Part shown: piece after piece, positions 36,857 through 52,288 of the stretch
How positions within the stretch are numbered: the stretch's first letter is position 1
How the letters are laid out: every line of letters starts with the position of its first letter
NCBI GenBank assembly: GCA_013115145.1
Contig: JAAPAO010000108.1
Span: 11,493-75,492 of the forward strand
Direction of reading: 5' to 3'
Length of the DNA stretch: 64,000 bases
Origin: Perkinsus chesapeaki ATCC PRA-425
Lineage: Eukaryota; Protista; Perkinsozoa
The notes under the pieces: model-generated
Database searches by the model: none
Told to the model about the DNA's origin: nothing
Seen by the model: only the letters and a program-made list of their open reading frames with translations
Translations under genes and position numbers: made by a program

Positions 36857-38711
36857 ATGCGGTCCCGACTTCGCAGCCTTCTTTTATTGATTGGGCTGGG
36901 CTTGTATACTGTATCTTTCACGGTAGTATTGTTACATATCTATTTCACTTTATATTTTATCAGGTCAGCTCGACTAAGTCGTTATTGCTATGGTTGGGCA
37001 ACAGTGATGGCACTAAAGCAGTTGTGGCTACACCGGTAAGAAGTGACCTAGTCCCGAGTAGTGCTATCTTGTGTTAGGAACAGTTGGCTTTGGACTTCTT
37101 GGATGACCGCTTGCTCGAGGCTCATGCGCAGGCGCTAGATCGCTACGTTGATTGTGTTACGCAGAATACTGCTTCAGAGCGGCCATGTCGCCGAGATGCT
37201 ATGGGAGTGTTTGATACGATAGCTGCTGAAGTGAAGACTCCAAAAGAGGTTGAGAAAGAAGCCAAAGTGCTGATCAATTCAGCACGGAAATTACTGCAGA
37301 CTGGTCTGGAAATGTTGCAAGCTGAAGTGGACCGGTTACGGCTAGCAGCTAGAGCGGCCAGTGATGAGCAACGACAGGCACTTGCTTGGATAGGGGAGAT
37401 GGCACAGAGAGCTAAGCATAGGGAAGAGGCGCCGAAGTCGACTGGGGTTAGGCTGAGGGGCGACGCGTTGAAGAACGGCGGCGCATTCAAAGATGCTATT
37501 AGTAGCATACTGGGCAGCATCGAGATAAAAAGCCCGGAAGGAGGTCTCCGGTTCGATTCCGGGGGAGGGGAAAATGGTAAATCAATATTGGAGTTGATAG
37601 GAAGGGCGGCGCAAGATGCTGGGCCTTCCCTAATGTTTGAGTGGTAACATTTACTGGTTACTATTGGTAGCATTACTCTTATCAATTACCTTGACATTGT
37701 GCTTGGTTTGATGTAGGGGTAGTGTGTCTAAGTGCAGTTTGTTGGTTTATGGTGCGGTCTGTTGCTGCTGCTAAACGTGGCCATTCTGGGAGTAAGGTGG
37801 AGAAGCGTAGAAGGCTCAGATCTATTGGACTGCTGGCTGGGCTAATATACGGATGTGGACTACTGGTAAAAGGGGGACTCTTATTGTCTACCAGCATCGT
37901 TACATTCATTATATGGGAGTGTGTTATTATCACAATTGAGCTTTTGTCGATTTATATACTCTTCCCTCGATATCAGTATTGCCCTTATGATGACCCACAT
38001 GGATTCATTGGTTTGTCCTTCCTTAGGTGACCAGCTTCGGTCCATTATGGCTGTTTGGCTCCAACTCGGACAACTCGGATTGGTCCCGTCCCCACCTTAT
38101 TACCAGGTACCATACTATACCATTATCGCATGTCCTACTAGTATATTATTAGTTCCTCGGTCGGCGGTGAAGTCTCTGGAGAGCTTCGTGACTTCTTGAA
38201 TGATCCATTGGTTAATACCGATAGAGAGCAGACCTGGCAGCACCGTTATAGCCACAATCAGCTCGGAGACCTAACCCTCACTGGTAAGAGCGCATACGTA
38301 CTTGCCCTTACTTTTCTATATGCCCATGTGATGGGATCGCTTGGTGTAGTATTACTGTAGTCAATCATCATATATTTTTCATGTCACATATGGCGACTTC
38401 AGGACAATGTTGTTTTTTTGTATACTGTAAATTATGTTAGTTTATTGCCTTTGGTAGGTAATGACAAGGACGAGTGGGCGGCTAACTATCTCTACAACCT
38501 TCCTGGCAAAGGTAACTTTTTCCTAAACTTTTTACTCTTCGAAGTTCCTTGTTCAGGGCTTGGTACTGTCGAAGGTGCTCTCAATAGCGATCAGCAGCTA
38601 GCCCTTCAATACTCCAACGCCATACAGGACGGAATGGTACGGTTTTATTTCGCTGTTTCACAGATTTTTGTTGGTTATTCAGCTGAGCGGGTCGGCTGGT
38701 TGGTCAAGTAA
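36857..38711 (+). CDS. Hypothetical multi-pass membrane protein (spliced)
   Basis: N-terminal TM, 187-aa helical exon 37084..37647, further hydrophobic exons 37722-38711. Confidence 0.55.
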
Positions 38712-39049
38712 TGATGGGTACTTTGGTAAGCTGTCTAAGCTATGGAGCAGCGGTAATGGGAAGGCGGCTAGGTATTATACGGCGGGGTAGGACGAGGCGT
38801 GTGTGATACTTACTCAGCAGATATGATATAGCGGGCAATACCAATAACGGTGAACTGAAGCATCAATTACAGGCTCAATGGGCTAGGGATAACGATAGGG
38901 TAGAAACGGCTGCAGATTGTTGAATGTGCAAGTGTGAAAATTATCAGGCGGAGGCTGGCATCCAGGCCCCCATAACTAATCCATATGGGTTCCTAACTAA
39001 GGGATCTAAGCAATGTAAGCATTGATGATATGTAAGGATGGTCGTTCTA

Positions 39050-40200
39050 ATTCGCGCACTCAGTTAATCCTGACTGGTACACTTCTTACAGTCGATCTCT
39101 TATTGACGGCGGCTACGATGTGAAGAAGCCTTTCGTAAGTTCCTATCATTGTTGTTTTGCCTATGTAACTGTCCTCAGGGAATGGAGGGAGGTGCGAGGC
39201 TCTCTTCTGGTGGTGAGCTCGAGGGTCGCTTAACTGCGAGGGCCAAGCCTCTGGACAGCATTGATGCCGAGTAGTCACTTAGGCTCCCAGCCTGTCGCCT
39301 TGTATTTCGTGGAGTGTAGGTATCGAGTTAGCGCAAAAACTCGACCCGATACGTCGAAGGGCTGGTGGGGATGGTTGACCGGCCTTGGTAAATCTCCTGT
39401 GGAATTGGAGCATAATGCACAGGTGGGAACGAGTCGTTATTCAATTCTGTCCCATCGCTCAGAACGTAGGTACAATATTCGAACGCACCTGGTAGCGTTA
39501 TGTACGCAAACTACGAGAAGAGAGACTCTTCCCCTGGCCACCTACGTCTGGGCTATGCTATGACAAGTGACGATACGCATTGATAAGAATAATAAACGAC
39601 TATCAGGAGAAATATTTGCACTGATTGGTAGATCCTTCCAATGCTTCCTATCAACACTAGTGACTTGCGTTGTGAGAGTTATCCAGTAAAGAGGAGTGAA
39701 CGTGACCTAGCGCAGCGCGGGTTCCAAAATGTTCCATTTGTTCCAATACGCAAGGATTGACGCGCACTAATTGAGAAGTGTAAAAACCTGCATACTCCTG
39801 CGTTCATGACTCTCTGCTATTACTCATCGAGTGCTGAACTGAACCTTCGTTCGTCAATCGAATAATAACCATCGCCGATGATGGCTGGTTCCTCTCGCTA
39901 CCCAAATCGGGTACCAAGCTTCATGCATTTCTACCCCCATTCGTACTGTGCACTTGCGTTGTTGTGTTGCTGTTCGCCTATAACTGAGTCTGCTTTGATA
40001 TAACATACCCCATTCGGAACGTTTGATTGTGTAGGCTGCTGCTTGTGTTGGAGTTTTTACTTTCAACTACAACACGACACCTTCGCAGTATGTAGTTTGG
40101 AGAAACGTTGTGGCGATGCCAATAGTGTCTACGCTTACGCAACTGGCGAACACGCAAAGCCGCCAGTGCGATTGGTGGAATTGTTGGAGAACCTGAGAAT
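39050..40200 (+). CDS. Hypothetical spliced gene
   Basis: Exon chain VNPDWYTSYSRSLIDGGYDVKKPF / GMEGGARLSS / VALYFVECRYRV...WWGWLTG / VQYSNAPG; may belong to the previous gene. Confidence 0.45.
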
Positions 40201-40225
40201 AACAAGTACGGTGTGTGCTACCTTA

Positions 40226-42300
<2,075 letters not shown>

Positions 42301-42405
42301 TGAAATCAGGAAATCAGGGAATACGTCTACACATAAACATCATCATCATCATCATCTACAAGCCACCCCAGCCAACCAAACACTTCCGTGATAATTGAAA
42401 ATTTG

Positions 42406-43878
42406 TCAAATAATCATCTCACCAGGGTTAACCACTGTCGCTCGGGCGGCTGCTGAGGTCGGCGGCTTCCTCTTACCAAACGGCACTTGGGAGCGCCAGG
42501 TGACCTCATATCGAAGAACGAACGCAGCCTGGACAAGTTCTGGCTGATTGCCGTCCAGCCGTTTCAGAACCGACTCTAATATGTCCACGGTCTCCGTGTC
42601 CAATGTCAGCCCGCATGCGAGGAGGAATTCAATGGCACCATAGCACACACCCAACCTTTGAAGAACGACCTTAGTGTCGGACAGATCACCGTCAACAAGG
42701 CCGCGAAGGCCCGAGAGCAACACTTGAGCTATCCCGGAGAGGTAGAGGTCCGTTAGTCGCTGAGATGACAGCTTCTTGCACAGAATGAAGTGGAGGAGCA
42801 TTGCAGCTGCACTGCGGGCATGGAACTGCGCAATGAACCATAAAGCGCTTATCGACAAGATGCTACTACTACCTGTTCCGCTACAGTGGCGTCGACCAGG
42901 ACAGACTGGGAGATACATACAGAGGTGCAGATCTGAAGCACACGGGCGTAGATTCAAGTCAGCCGTGCCAGGCCGATACTACCGTTATGAAGCATTTCCA
43001 AGCGGCATCAGCACAGTCCCTTTCCACTTGAGCCAGTTTCCCAGTAAGGGTATGAACAAGTCTCAAGTGCCCTAGTATAACATTAAGACTGCTACTACGC
43101 TGACTCGACTGTACCTAGAGGCAGTGGTGAGGAATGTTATAAACAACGTCATCATCATCATCATCGTACTGCTGCGGCCAGGTCCCGTACGATATGCCTT
43201 ATATATAGGTCAGGATGCTTAATACCCTTCAATTGCACCAATACTAGACTTTGACTCGTCTCTGTACATCCATCAACAGTGCAGAATGCATCGTGGATAA
43301 GGTCCACAACCTAACATCGGCTCCTGTATGCCACATACCACTCCCAACGGCTACCTCCCTATACGGCGACTCTATCCTTGCCTTCTTCGCCAATGGTGGC
43401 AATCTATCTGTTGCGGATGGTTCTGAGCCCTTACCAACAGTCCGAGAGGATAACCAGTCCTGGCCTGACATCCCTAATGACCTTCCCTCGCTGGAGCAAC
43501 GGCACACCTCTGCACACAGCTGCGGTGATGTCATAGTCGGTGTCTTGCGGTATCGGCAAAGGTTTGTTGATCTCATTTATCAGTCTAATAACTGCCTTCT
43601 CGGACTTGTCTCGCCACAGCTCTCCTATACGGCGTGCAATTGTCATCTACTTAGTCGATTCCATCAGCCATACCTTCCGTAACCCACCCCAAATCTTCAG
43701 TTAAAACAGCCTTAACCTTCTCAGCGGTTACTAAGGATAAAGCATCACATGCCTCCCCCCCCACATTACTACCGTTCTTCCCCGACTTCTCGATAAAGCC
43801 ACGTTCAGCAACTCTAGCGGCGAGTGTCCGAGCTAGACGAAGCCCTACGGTTTGGATGTCATCGTGGATGGATGTCAT
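42406..43878 (-). CDS. Hypothetical helical protein (spliced)
   Basis: ATG at 43878; successive long open exons ending in the 183-aa ORF at 42406. Confidence 0.6.
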
Positions 43879-43999
43879 AAAACATGAGGGACACCACAGC
43901 CTATGTAGAAGTCACAGAAAGACAAAAAAGCGGAGCGATGCGTGGTAGTAGGATAGCGCGCCCGCCATGACGATCGACCAAATATTGCCGCGATGCGGG

Positions 44000-44287
44000 G
44001 TCCTATAGTACAATAGATGATGTCCTATAGTACAATAGATGATGTCCTATAGTATAATAGATGATGTCCTATAGTATAATAGATGATGTCCTATAGTATA
44101 ATAGATGATGTCCTNNNNNNNNNNNNNNNNNNNNNNNNNNNNNNNNNNNNNNNNNNNNNNNNNNNNNNNNNNNNNNNNNNNNNNNNNNNNNNNNNNNNNN
44201 NNNNNNNNNNNNNGATGTCCTATAGTATAATAGATGATGTCCTATAGTATAATAGATGATGTCCTATAGTATAATAGATGATGTCCT
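44000..44287. repeat. 22-bp minisatellite spanning an assembly gap (N 44115-44213)
   Basis: Unit ATAGATGATGTCCTATAGTA(T/C)A on both sides of the gap. Confidence 0.95.
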
Positions 44288-44509
44288 TGATAAATACAAT
44301 ATATACGGGCTTCTACTTCAGTGTCGATATGCCCACCTATTACATTTAACTGATTTAAACCAAAGATCTAATAACGATAATGCCCTGGAAATTATTGTCC
44401 TCAATATCATGCAGTAGCACCATTAGCAGAATACACCCTGCTTCATTCACAATTATCTGTATTATAGCCTTCTTAGGTTTACAAAGTAGCCTTGGTTATT
44501 ATCATAGGT

Positions 44510-47196
44510 CTACCCCCCTGTAGATGGTATAAGCTCTGGTGAGGTCGATATGTTCGATTGCCATGCAGCATAATTCGCCTTTAGTGCATCCCTCTTATCC
44601 TTCACCTTACCCAAAACACTCTTGCACTTCACTGACATCTCCATCTCTAACACTTCAGTCTTATTATCAACCTATCAACCAAGACAACTGCACCGTCTTC
44701 CTAACCGCAGTGAACCTCTCCACCTTGCTCTGCGCAATTTTTATCCACTCCGGCGCGAGTTCTGCAGTTTGGCGAAGATACTCCTCCATAACCCGCGCCC
44801 CAAGAGGTTTATACCGCGCCCCACCGCCATTCGTAGACATGAAATGCCTGGACAAACCATCACAGTCCACGAGGCGGCCAGGAAGGCGACATACTTCACA
44901 ACATCAGTGAGCCGCATTGATGGGTGGCCCCGCATGAAGTACAGGCGGCTGAGTTCAGCCACGATGGATGAGAGGAGCTCCAGGAAGTTCAATTGCCTGA
45001 AACGGACCATACACAATCACCTTCGGAAATGGTTTATTTCTCACTCGCGCCATTTTAGATCTTCTTCATAAATCTTTGCCCCCTCCTTCTCTTTAGCCTC
45101 CTTCGCGCGGACCTACTTGCCATGACGCCGCCGTACCACATCAACGGATGAGCTCACTCTTTCACGCATCTCCTGTCGCCGCTCCGCAGGTGTCTTGCTG
45201 GCAGATCGACTTCGCAGATTCTCCCGAACTGACGGGGTGCGCTGCAAAAAAACATGTCTCCCATAAAAAACACAACGAAACCCACAGCAGGCGTCATCGG
45301 TTCAGAGAGCTGCGGAAGTATGACAGGAACGAATGGCGACGCGCTGAGCTCCAGCCTCTCCTGTCGCCGAGCGCGTATGCCTGCAACCAACCAGCTTGTC
45401 ATCTTTACCATTGTGATATCGTCGTGTACCCGACAGAACCATGCTGGCTGGGGTCTGCGGCGTCATATCGCCACTGGGGGTTCCACGGCCTCTAAGCACT
45501 GGAGTTGAAGGTACCGATGCCTCCGCTGTCTCGAAAGGATTACATGGCAATTGGACCTACAGGCCAGTGCATCCCGCTTTAGAATACGAACAATTACTTG
45601 TGGGACAGGATCAGCCTCATCGGTGATGAATTTTTTAGGATCGCTGCACCGATGTTCCTAAGAAATGATCTCAACGAACAGATGGTGCGTGCATTCACAT
45701 ACTTGCTCCGCTAGAAGCTCTGATAGCCTCTGCTGGACAACTTCTGCACGCTGGAGTGCCTCCTTCGTATCAAGCCTCTTGGTTAACTCAACACCTATTA
45801 TGAGACGTACCTCCATAGTAGATGCTCTTCAGTCCTACCTGTCGAGTCCTTCTGAATCACCACTAGCCGTCTGAGTGAGCTGGTCCCCATCGAGTCCAGT
45901 TCACATGGCTTCTCTCGCCACTCAAGGTCAAGAAGACCACACGAGGCGAACACCACTTGGAGCAATCTACCCTGTAAGCAACCAAGCTGCACTGCACCTC
46001 ACTGCGCTGCTCCGTTACCTTTGCGAACCGCTTGCCGCTAGCTCGCTCCACACCAGCCTTCAGTTGCAAATAATAAGGGACTTGGCTACGAGTCCGAAAT
46101 AGCGAAATAACCTCATCAAGCCTTGACAACACATCGCTCCATTCAAAGTACATCCCCTTACATCTTGAATTGATCCAGTACAGTCTTGTAGTGGCTAGGC
46201 AGTGCCCGCTTAACGACAGCACTTGCCTACGCGTGACGAGCTCATTCCATGGAAATGCCCAACTGCCCTACCTGCCTGGCAGGCTTTTTCTTTAATTCCT
46301 CTGGGATAGGCAGCTTTGTTGAGACTCCAATAGACATCACCGGTGGAGGCGGCAACTGTGATGTCTTCGTATCTGTCATACCGATAAACCGAAGCCAAGC
46401 ACTACACTCGTACCACCAGCATCCTGCTTATCCGTAAACTCCTTGAACAGGTTCTTCACCGGTCCACGATCAGTACCATTGCCTCCTGGTAAAGACTCTC
46501 GTCTGAAGGCCAAGTCCAATCATACGGCAGCACCTGCTACGCTTACTGCTTGCCATCGGTGGAGGGTAGGTCAAGTTGGTCCACGACTTCCCCCATGCTT
46601 ATCCGCGTGCCGCAACCTATCAACACCATCAAACCTACCACATGCATCCGGCTTACTGCTCCGATTCGTAACCAAGGAAGCTCGACCACGTGTAGACGGT
46701 CGTCCTCGTATTATAGATTCTCGGCGCGAAGCTTCGGGAGCATCCTAACAATTGAACATATGAAGCACGTAGATCGCCTGGTAGTTGCTACGTTGAAGTT
46801 GACCCTCTCGCCATCTCCTGGCCGCTTCGGCGTACCAGAGTTGAGGCGCTTTGCCGATGGTCGCGAATTCTTGGGCGTAGAAACGGGCATGCTCGAACTC
46901 CCTGCGATGCCAGCCTAGCACACTGTTGCTGCTGGGATGCTCAGACCTGCCGTGAGATCTCCAAAAAGGTTCTTTCTCGGTGTAGCGCAGGCAGGCTCTA
47001 TGTCGGGCGAGACTGATTCTCGGCGACGCTTCTGACTTGTGGATCGACCTGAGGAGGGGAATGCCTCCGAATCACATCGGTTCGCCAGGGCACCCCGCGC
47101 TGCTGACGGTGTCGCTATATCCTCTGACTGCTGCTGCTTGCTGCGACGCAGCAGCCTTGAAGAGACTCGACTTCCACTCCTTGGTGTGGCAGACAT
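44510..47196 (-). CDS. CDT1: DNA replication licensing factor Cdt1
   Basis: Disordered S/T-P-rich N-terminus (TPR, SPD, TPK); middle winged helix EWSDVLSRLDEVISLFRTRSQVPYYLQLKAGVERASGKRF; C-terminal winged helix ELLSSIVAELSRLYFMRGHPSMRL and EEYLRQTAELAPEWIKI. Confidence 0.78.
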
Positions 47197-47843
47197 ATTA
47201 GATACAACAACAGTCAACGGAAGCGAGATAGAGTCCAACACAGGAACTACTCTGCGATTCACAAACGCGAGGCAGAGCAAGCCAAAGCGGGAAACACGAA
47301 TAGAAGCGAGTTGCCTTGTTGCAGGGAGCATGACACCAGCACCTGTGGTTCATTGCCGACGTGATTTAGACAGAGACTATCTAGATGCAGAGTCAAAATG
47401 GAAAAGTTGCCCAAGACTGCCGAGACAGATGACGCAGAGGTATCAAGGGACAGAATGAAGGCTCACAGGCCGCCTCGGCGGAAAGGCGCAGTCGAGATGC
47501 ATTGAGAATGCTCCCACATGAGTTGAGGACATACAGTGATGGAAAATAGCAGCTGTGGGCCAACATAGCAAACCTGAACAAATAAGATGGTGATAATGAC
47601 TGTCACAGGAATCAGAAAAACTGGCCCAGCGGCCAGCCGTTTCTGATGCGGCAGCGCGCGCCCGGCCGCGCTGCCGTTAAACGCTTACTCCTAATGTTGC
47701 AACGTGCAACACACCGTATCAATCATAAGTTGGGGAAGGCCTGAGAGCAAGCGTCTATATTAAACAGAGGGACACGCGGTACGTCAGCGGTGGGGCTGCA
47801 ACAGGGTCGGGGTAGGGGATGGTTATGAAAAAGTTATTGGTGA

Positions 47844-48680
47844 TCACTCCAGGATCGTTGTAACGGGAATCTTCAACTCCTTCCTGGCAGCGACCTGATC
47901 AGCGGACGAAATAAAATAATACTCGCGGAAGAGAGACGTACAGATTCCGTTGCTGGAGAGCGTCGCGATAGGCGGTGGCACAACGGTGACGGGGGTCGGT
48001 AGAAGGCCTGCCGCGCTTTCATCACCGCAGTGAGCCTGCAAAATAGGGTATGTCACTGTCTCCAAACGCCAGTATACCGACGAGATGGGGAGGTGCATTG
48101 TAGCTTCCGTAATGCCGCCTGGTGTATGTGATGTAGAAGTTGTTAACAATATGAGATGCTCCATATTGTGGAGGAAGAACGATAGCCAAGGACGGGTATG
48201 GAGCCGGAAAACCTGCAGCAGCAATGATGGAGAAATGCTCCGCGGTAGGATATGGCTTCACCTGGATGGTGCATTGAGATGCTCGTTTGCGAGGGTCCCC
48301 ATCTGCGCTGAGACCTCACAGGTTCTGATGTATTGCGATCATCTCTGTGGCGGCGATGTCGGCGAGAGCGCGGCTGGACACATAAGGGGACACGGTAAAA
48401 CTGAACAGTAACGTCGCCTACCCTTCTCGATCTCTTTCTTGATGAGCGGAAGGGAGACGAGCACTGCAGTCCCGAACTGGTCTCTACCGGCGAGCGCCAA
48501 GATCCTGCGGTCGTCGTCGCAGTCTCAGGGAAAAGGTCGATCTCTGACGGACTTCCCGGGCGGAACCGATCTGTCGATGACAGTTTATTCGATTCATCCC
48601 CAGGCAAGTTGTTCATTTTGTCCGTGAGATTTACATCACTTCGGACACTCGAGATTGGGCTTAGACACTCCATACAATGG
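47844..48680 (-). CDS. Hypothetical Ser/Pro-rich protein (spliced)
   Basis: ORFs 48143..48700 and 47844..48224 with GT-AG junction candidates. Confidence 0.4.
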
Positions 48681-49847
48681 GCTGAGTTCCCTCCGAGCAC
48701 GGGCGCCTCGAAATCGCCAATGTCTACGAAAGGATATAGCTATACAAGCTGCGGCATCGTCGCACTTCCGTGGTTATGAGATGAGCTTATAGGGGACGAT
48801 AAGATCGCAGGAGGTACCTTGCTTAAGTTAGCTCATAAGACCACAGGCTTCGCCCACCACCTCCAGGAGAGGGGGCATCGAGTCGATGGACTCCTCGAAC
48901 GCTCTTGGCTCTTCAAAGATACCGTCTCCGATCTGAAGAAGAGCAGAACTGCGGGACCATCAGCAGCTACAGCGAGGCCTTGCTGGCAGACCAGCAGGGG
49001 AATCCTCACTGTGCCGATCCCACAATCAGTATCTCCAATCAGCTGCTCATCGTTAACCATTACGGAGGCTTTACTAAGTTGCATAAAATCAAGCAAAGCA
49101 CTTTCAAACTGCAAGATTCAAGCAGCATCTGGTATCAGCGACAGGCGGACAGCACTCCAGCATCCCCGACCGATAACGCAATATCTTAGAGGACTCACGA
49201 ACGGGAGGAATGGCGGCGCCAAACAAGATGCATTTCTTAGAGCTACCACACATTAATAGAATGTGCCAACGAGTCTCGCCACGCTACTGCGGAACGCGTG
49301 ACGGAAGACAACGCTGCAGGGCTACTGCGGAATACCCTGCTTGACGTGACGTGGAAAAGAGTGCGATGGGAAGGACTGATACGGTGGCAAGCCGCTCGTA
49401 CAGGGAAATGCAAAGGGGCGCAGCAGAGCTACTGATAGAATGCTCTGTCGAAGCAGCAAGGACAATATGGAAAAGTAGAGATAGACACTTGTTTAGAGTG
49501 ACATGATACGTAAAAGGCGAATAAGGAATAGGAAGGCTGCCGATCCTATGTAATAACAATGATCTTCATATATAAGATTGCAGCTCATAGCGGACTTGAA
49601 AGAAATAAGAATAGGAGTATGGAAAATGAACGAAGGTGTGAAGAACCTGAGATGAGCTCATGAGCGGGTGGTATCGAAAGGAGAACCTTCGTTGGGTTAC
49701 TTGTCCTACACTTGTATCTCCACAGGAAAAGCACTCCTCACCGCGGCAACGTTGTCTTCAGCAGTATGCACCAACTTCCTACCTTGGACGTTGGGCCTAA
49801 AAATGGAAAGCTCAGAAGGATGGGGTCACCACCGTGGCTGCTTACAG

Positions 49848-51251
49848 TTAGAAATGCGACATACAATTGCATTGGCAAGCGCCTGCCGCCATGTGATGGC
49901 CGATGCCTCCCTGATGTAGGGTGCTTTGCATAGGGCGTGTGTTGGCAACAGTCTGTGAGAACTTCAAAGGTCTACCATTTACGACAAATAATGGTCTTAA
50001 CCTGAGGATCATGCGGCGAACGCCCAACTATGATTCTTCTCGATCGCGAGCTGGTAACGAGACATCTTACTCTGGATTTATCTCAGCGGCCACGGCTTTT
50101 CTGCTGTAGTGCTCGAGATTGTTACGAAATCCCTGAATCGTCGCCGGCACCACTTCGACCACTTTTCTCGAACCGAATCTCCCAAGTGTCCGACCCTTGC
50201 AGCAGACCCAATGCAAACACGGGAATCGGAAGCTAAGCCTTACTGTATAAAAGTGAGTAAACTCTTTGGCGAGCTCAGGCGTGATGAAGTTAATGAAGCA
50301 GTAGCCAGCATTAGCCATGGACACTCGATCTGAACCGGGCACTCGTAACAGCTATAAAACTCGTCTCACCGATCGGCAAATAGAAGAAGTCGAACTTGTC
50401 AGCAAATCCAGAGGTTGATATTTGTTGAATCAGTTCACTCTGTGTATATCGATTCGGTATGTTCCTGAATATTCTCCCTCCAAGAGCTCATACGGTGAGC
50501 AAGACTAAGTACTTCATCATCAAAGTGGTTGCTTCACTTTCTATCACCGATCCAGTCAGACAACTGGCTGCAGTTACCTAGCAAAGGTCGAAAAGGGGTA
50601 GCACGCCGGAGCGACGGGTGTGATCTGTTACTCCCGTCGAGACACTGCGGCCACGGCGTCTTTGCTTCGCAAAGCTATGACCACTCCAAGCCGCCGAGTT
50701 TCCACTAGGACGGAGCCTGCGATTGCTACCTGGCAATGCAAACTCGGCGGGCTGGTGCCAAATGCTCACCGATCTCACATGCTGCTCCAGAACTCCAGGA
50801 ATCGCCGCTTCCGCGGTGTCCACCATTGTGTTGACTTCGCTGCGTTACACATGGTGCTGGGAACTCGGGCATCCTCGTTCGCCCCGACATCTCCAATGCA
50901 ATCTGAGGACGAGCGTAGTGGGCCGAATAAACCACAGGACAGGCTACATCAACAAGCATTCTTGTCATCATAGCTTCGGTATCGACTTGCTTTTCAGGAG
51001 GCGGAGTAGGCAGTAGTGCTGGCAGCTGTGGCTTGCATGCTGTACTGCTGTCAGGGAGGGAGCGAGCGCTCTGCTGTTCGGAATGCGCCGCTTCCAGCTC
51101 TTCCAGACCACCTTCTTGTAGCTGAGCAGGAGTTCGATGCTATGCATTCGATGACCAGTAGCATCGACCATACCAATGTATCGATCCAGTTAAGGTTCCC
51201 AGTGGGTGCCGTGGTGCCATAGAAGTCCAAGGGTGTTGGAGAGTGTTGCAT
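49848..51251 (-). CDS. Mei2-like RRM3-only RNA-binding protein 1
   Basis: TTLMMK|NIPNRYTQSEL...FDFFYLPI|...NAGYCFINF...IQGFRNNLEHY...|LRPLF. Confidence 0.88.
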
Positions 51252-51299
51252 GAGTGAAGTGCTGTAAGCTGCTGCGAACTATCCCAACTATTGACCATG

Positions 51300-52250
51300 A
51301 ACTACAAAACGATCAACTATGGAAACTGAGAAGCACCAGCTGTCTTACACATTTCGTTATCAGTTGGCCAAAGCAGCCATGCAATTAGTTGAAACTAATC
51401 ATTGACAACAATTGGCAGCAACGGATTCAAGTTACATGTCGGTCCCAAGAGGTAGTAGGAAGTATAATAGTTTGTCTTTATGGTAACGTCTCACAAGAAA
51501 CGAACACAAGTGGGCATAGAAAAAGGTATAATAACAATCTGGAGTATGTCACTCTGGAACTGCCAGATCACTGTATCGAAAACTCTACCTTTAAATGTAG
51601 GTGGTTTGAGGAAAACGTACATGGCAGACATCACAGAAGCAGCAGCAACAACAGGCCCGATAGCCCAGTACGTGTCTGGGAACCGCTTGCCGGGGATCAT
51701 GGAAGCATTCATTTACAATATTTAGCGAGATGACGACTCGTCACGTTTTATGGAATGACATAGGGAGGGGAAACCTGGGAAAGTATGACCACTATTAACA
51801 ACAAAGCGAGATACACGATGATTGCTGCGCTCATCCACTCGTATACGAAAAAGGGGATATGTCCAAGTACAACAAACGAATCTTCATATTCTGAGTTGGC
51901 AGACGGACTTCTGCATCGTGTCATTACCTTATAACGAAAATTGTAACAATAGTATACAGTAGAGACGACTTACCTGGGCTTGGAAACATCGTGGAATGGG
52001 GAAATTGAAGCTGACGTTCCAGGAAAATCGCCAATAACGCTACGATGCCAGCTGGAACCACTTATGAGCTCATGAACTATGCCGTCATAAAGGTGCCTAT
52101 AATAAGTCCAAGAACCGTATGCTAGGCAAGCATTGGACACTCGGTACTCTGCAATAATAGTATCATCACAACTACACAGTATATGTCCACCCTTGGCCTG
52201 ATTAGAATGCCGATTCAACGAGCTCTGTTTGGCAGGGCAAACGGAACCTT
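51300..52250 (-). CDS. Hypothetical multi-pass membrane protein
   Basis: Hydrophobic exons FFVYEWMSAAIIVYLALLLIVVILSQ and YWAIGPVVAAASVMSAMYVFL...ILQIVIIPF. Confidence 0.5.
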
Positions 52251-52288
52251 GGCGAGATCTGAATAGAAGCTACTCTTCATGCCGTGGA

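Noticed and set aside
48833-49114. IGDTDCGIG resembling the DhaL GDGD[HC]G motif
   Set aside because: Imperfect motif in a 93-aa ORF with no other DhaL features; the coding strand here is unclear.
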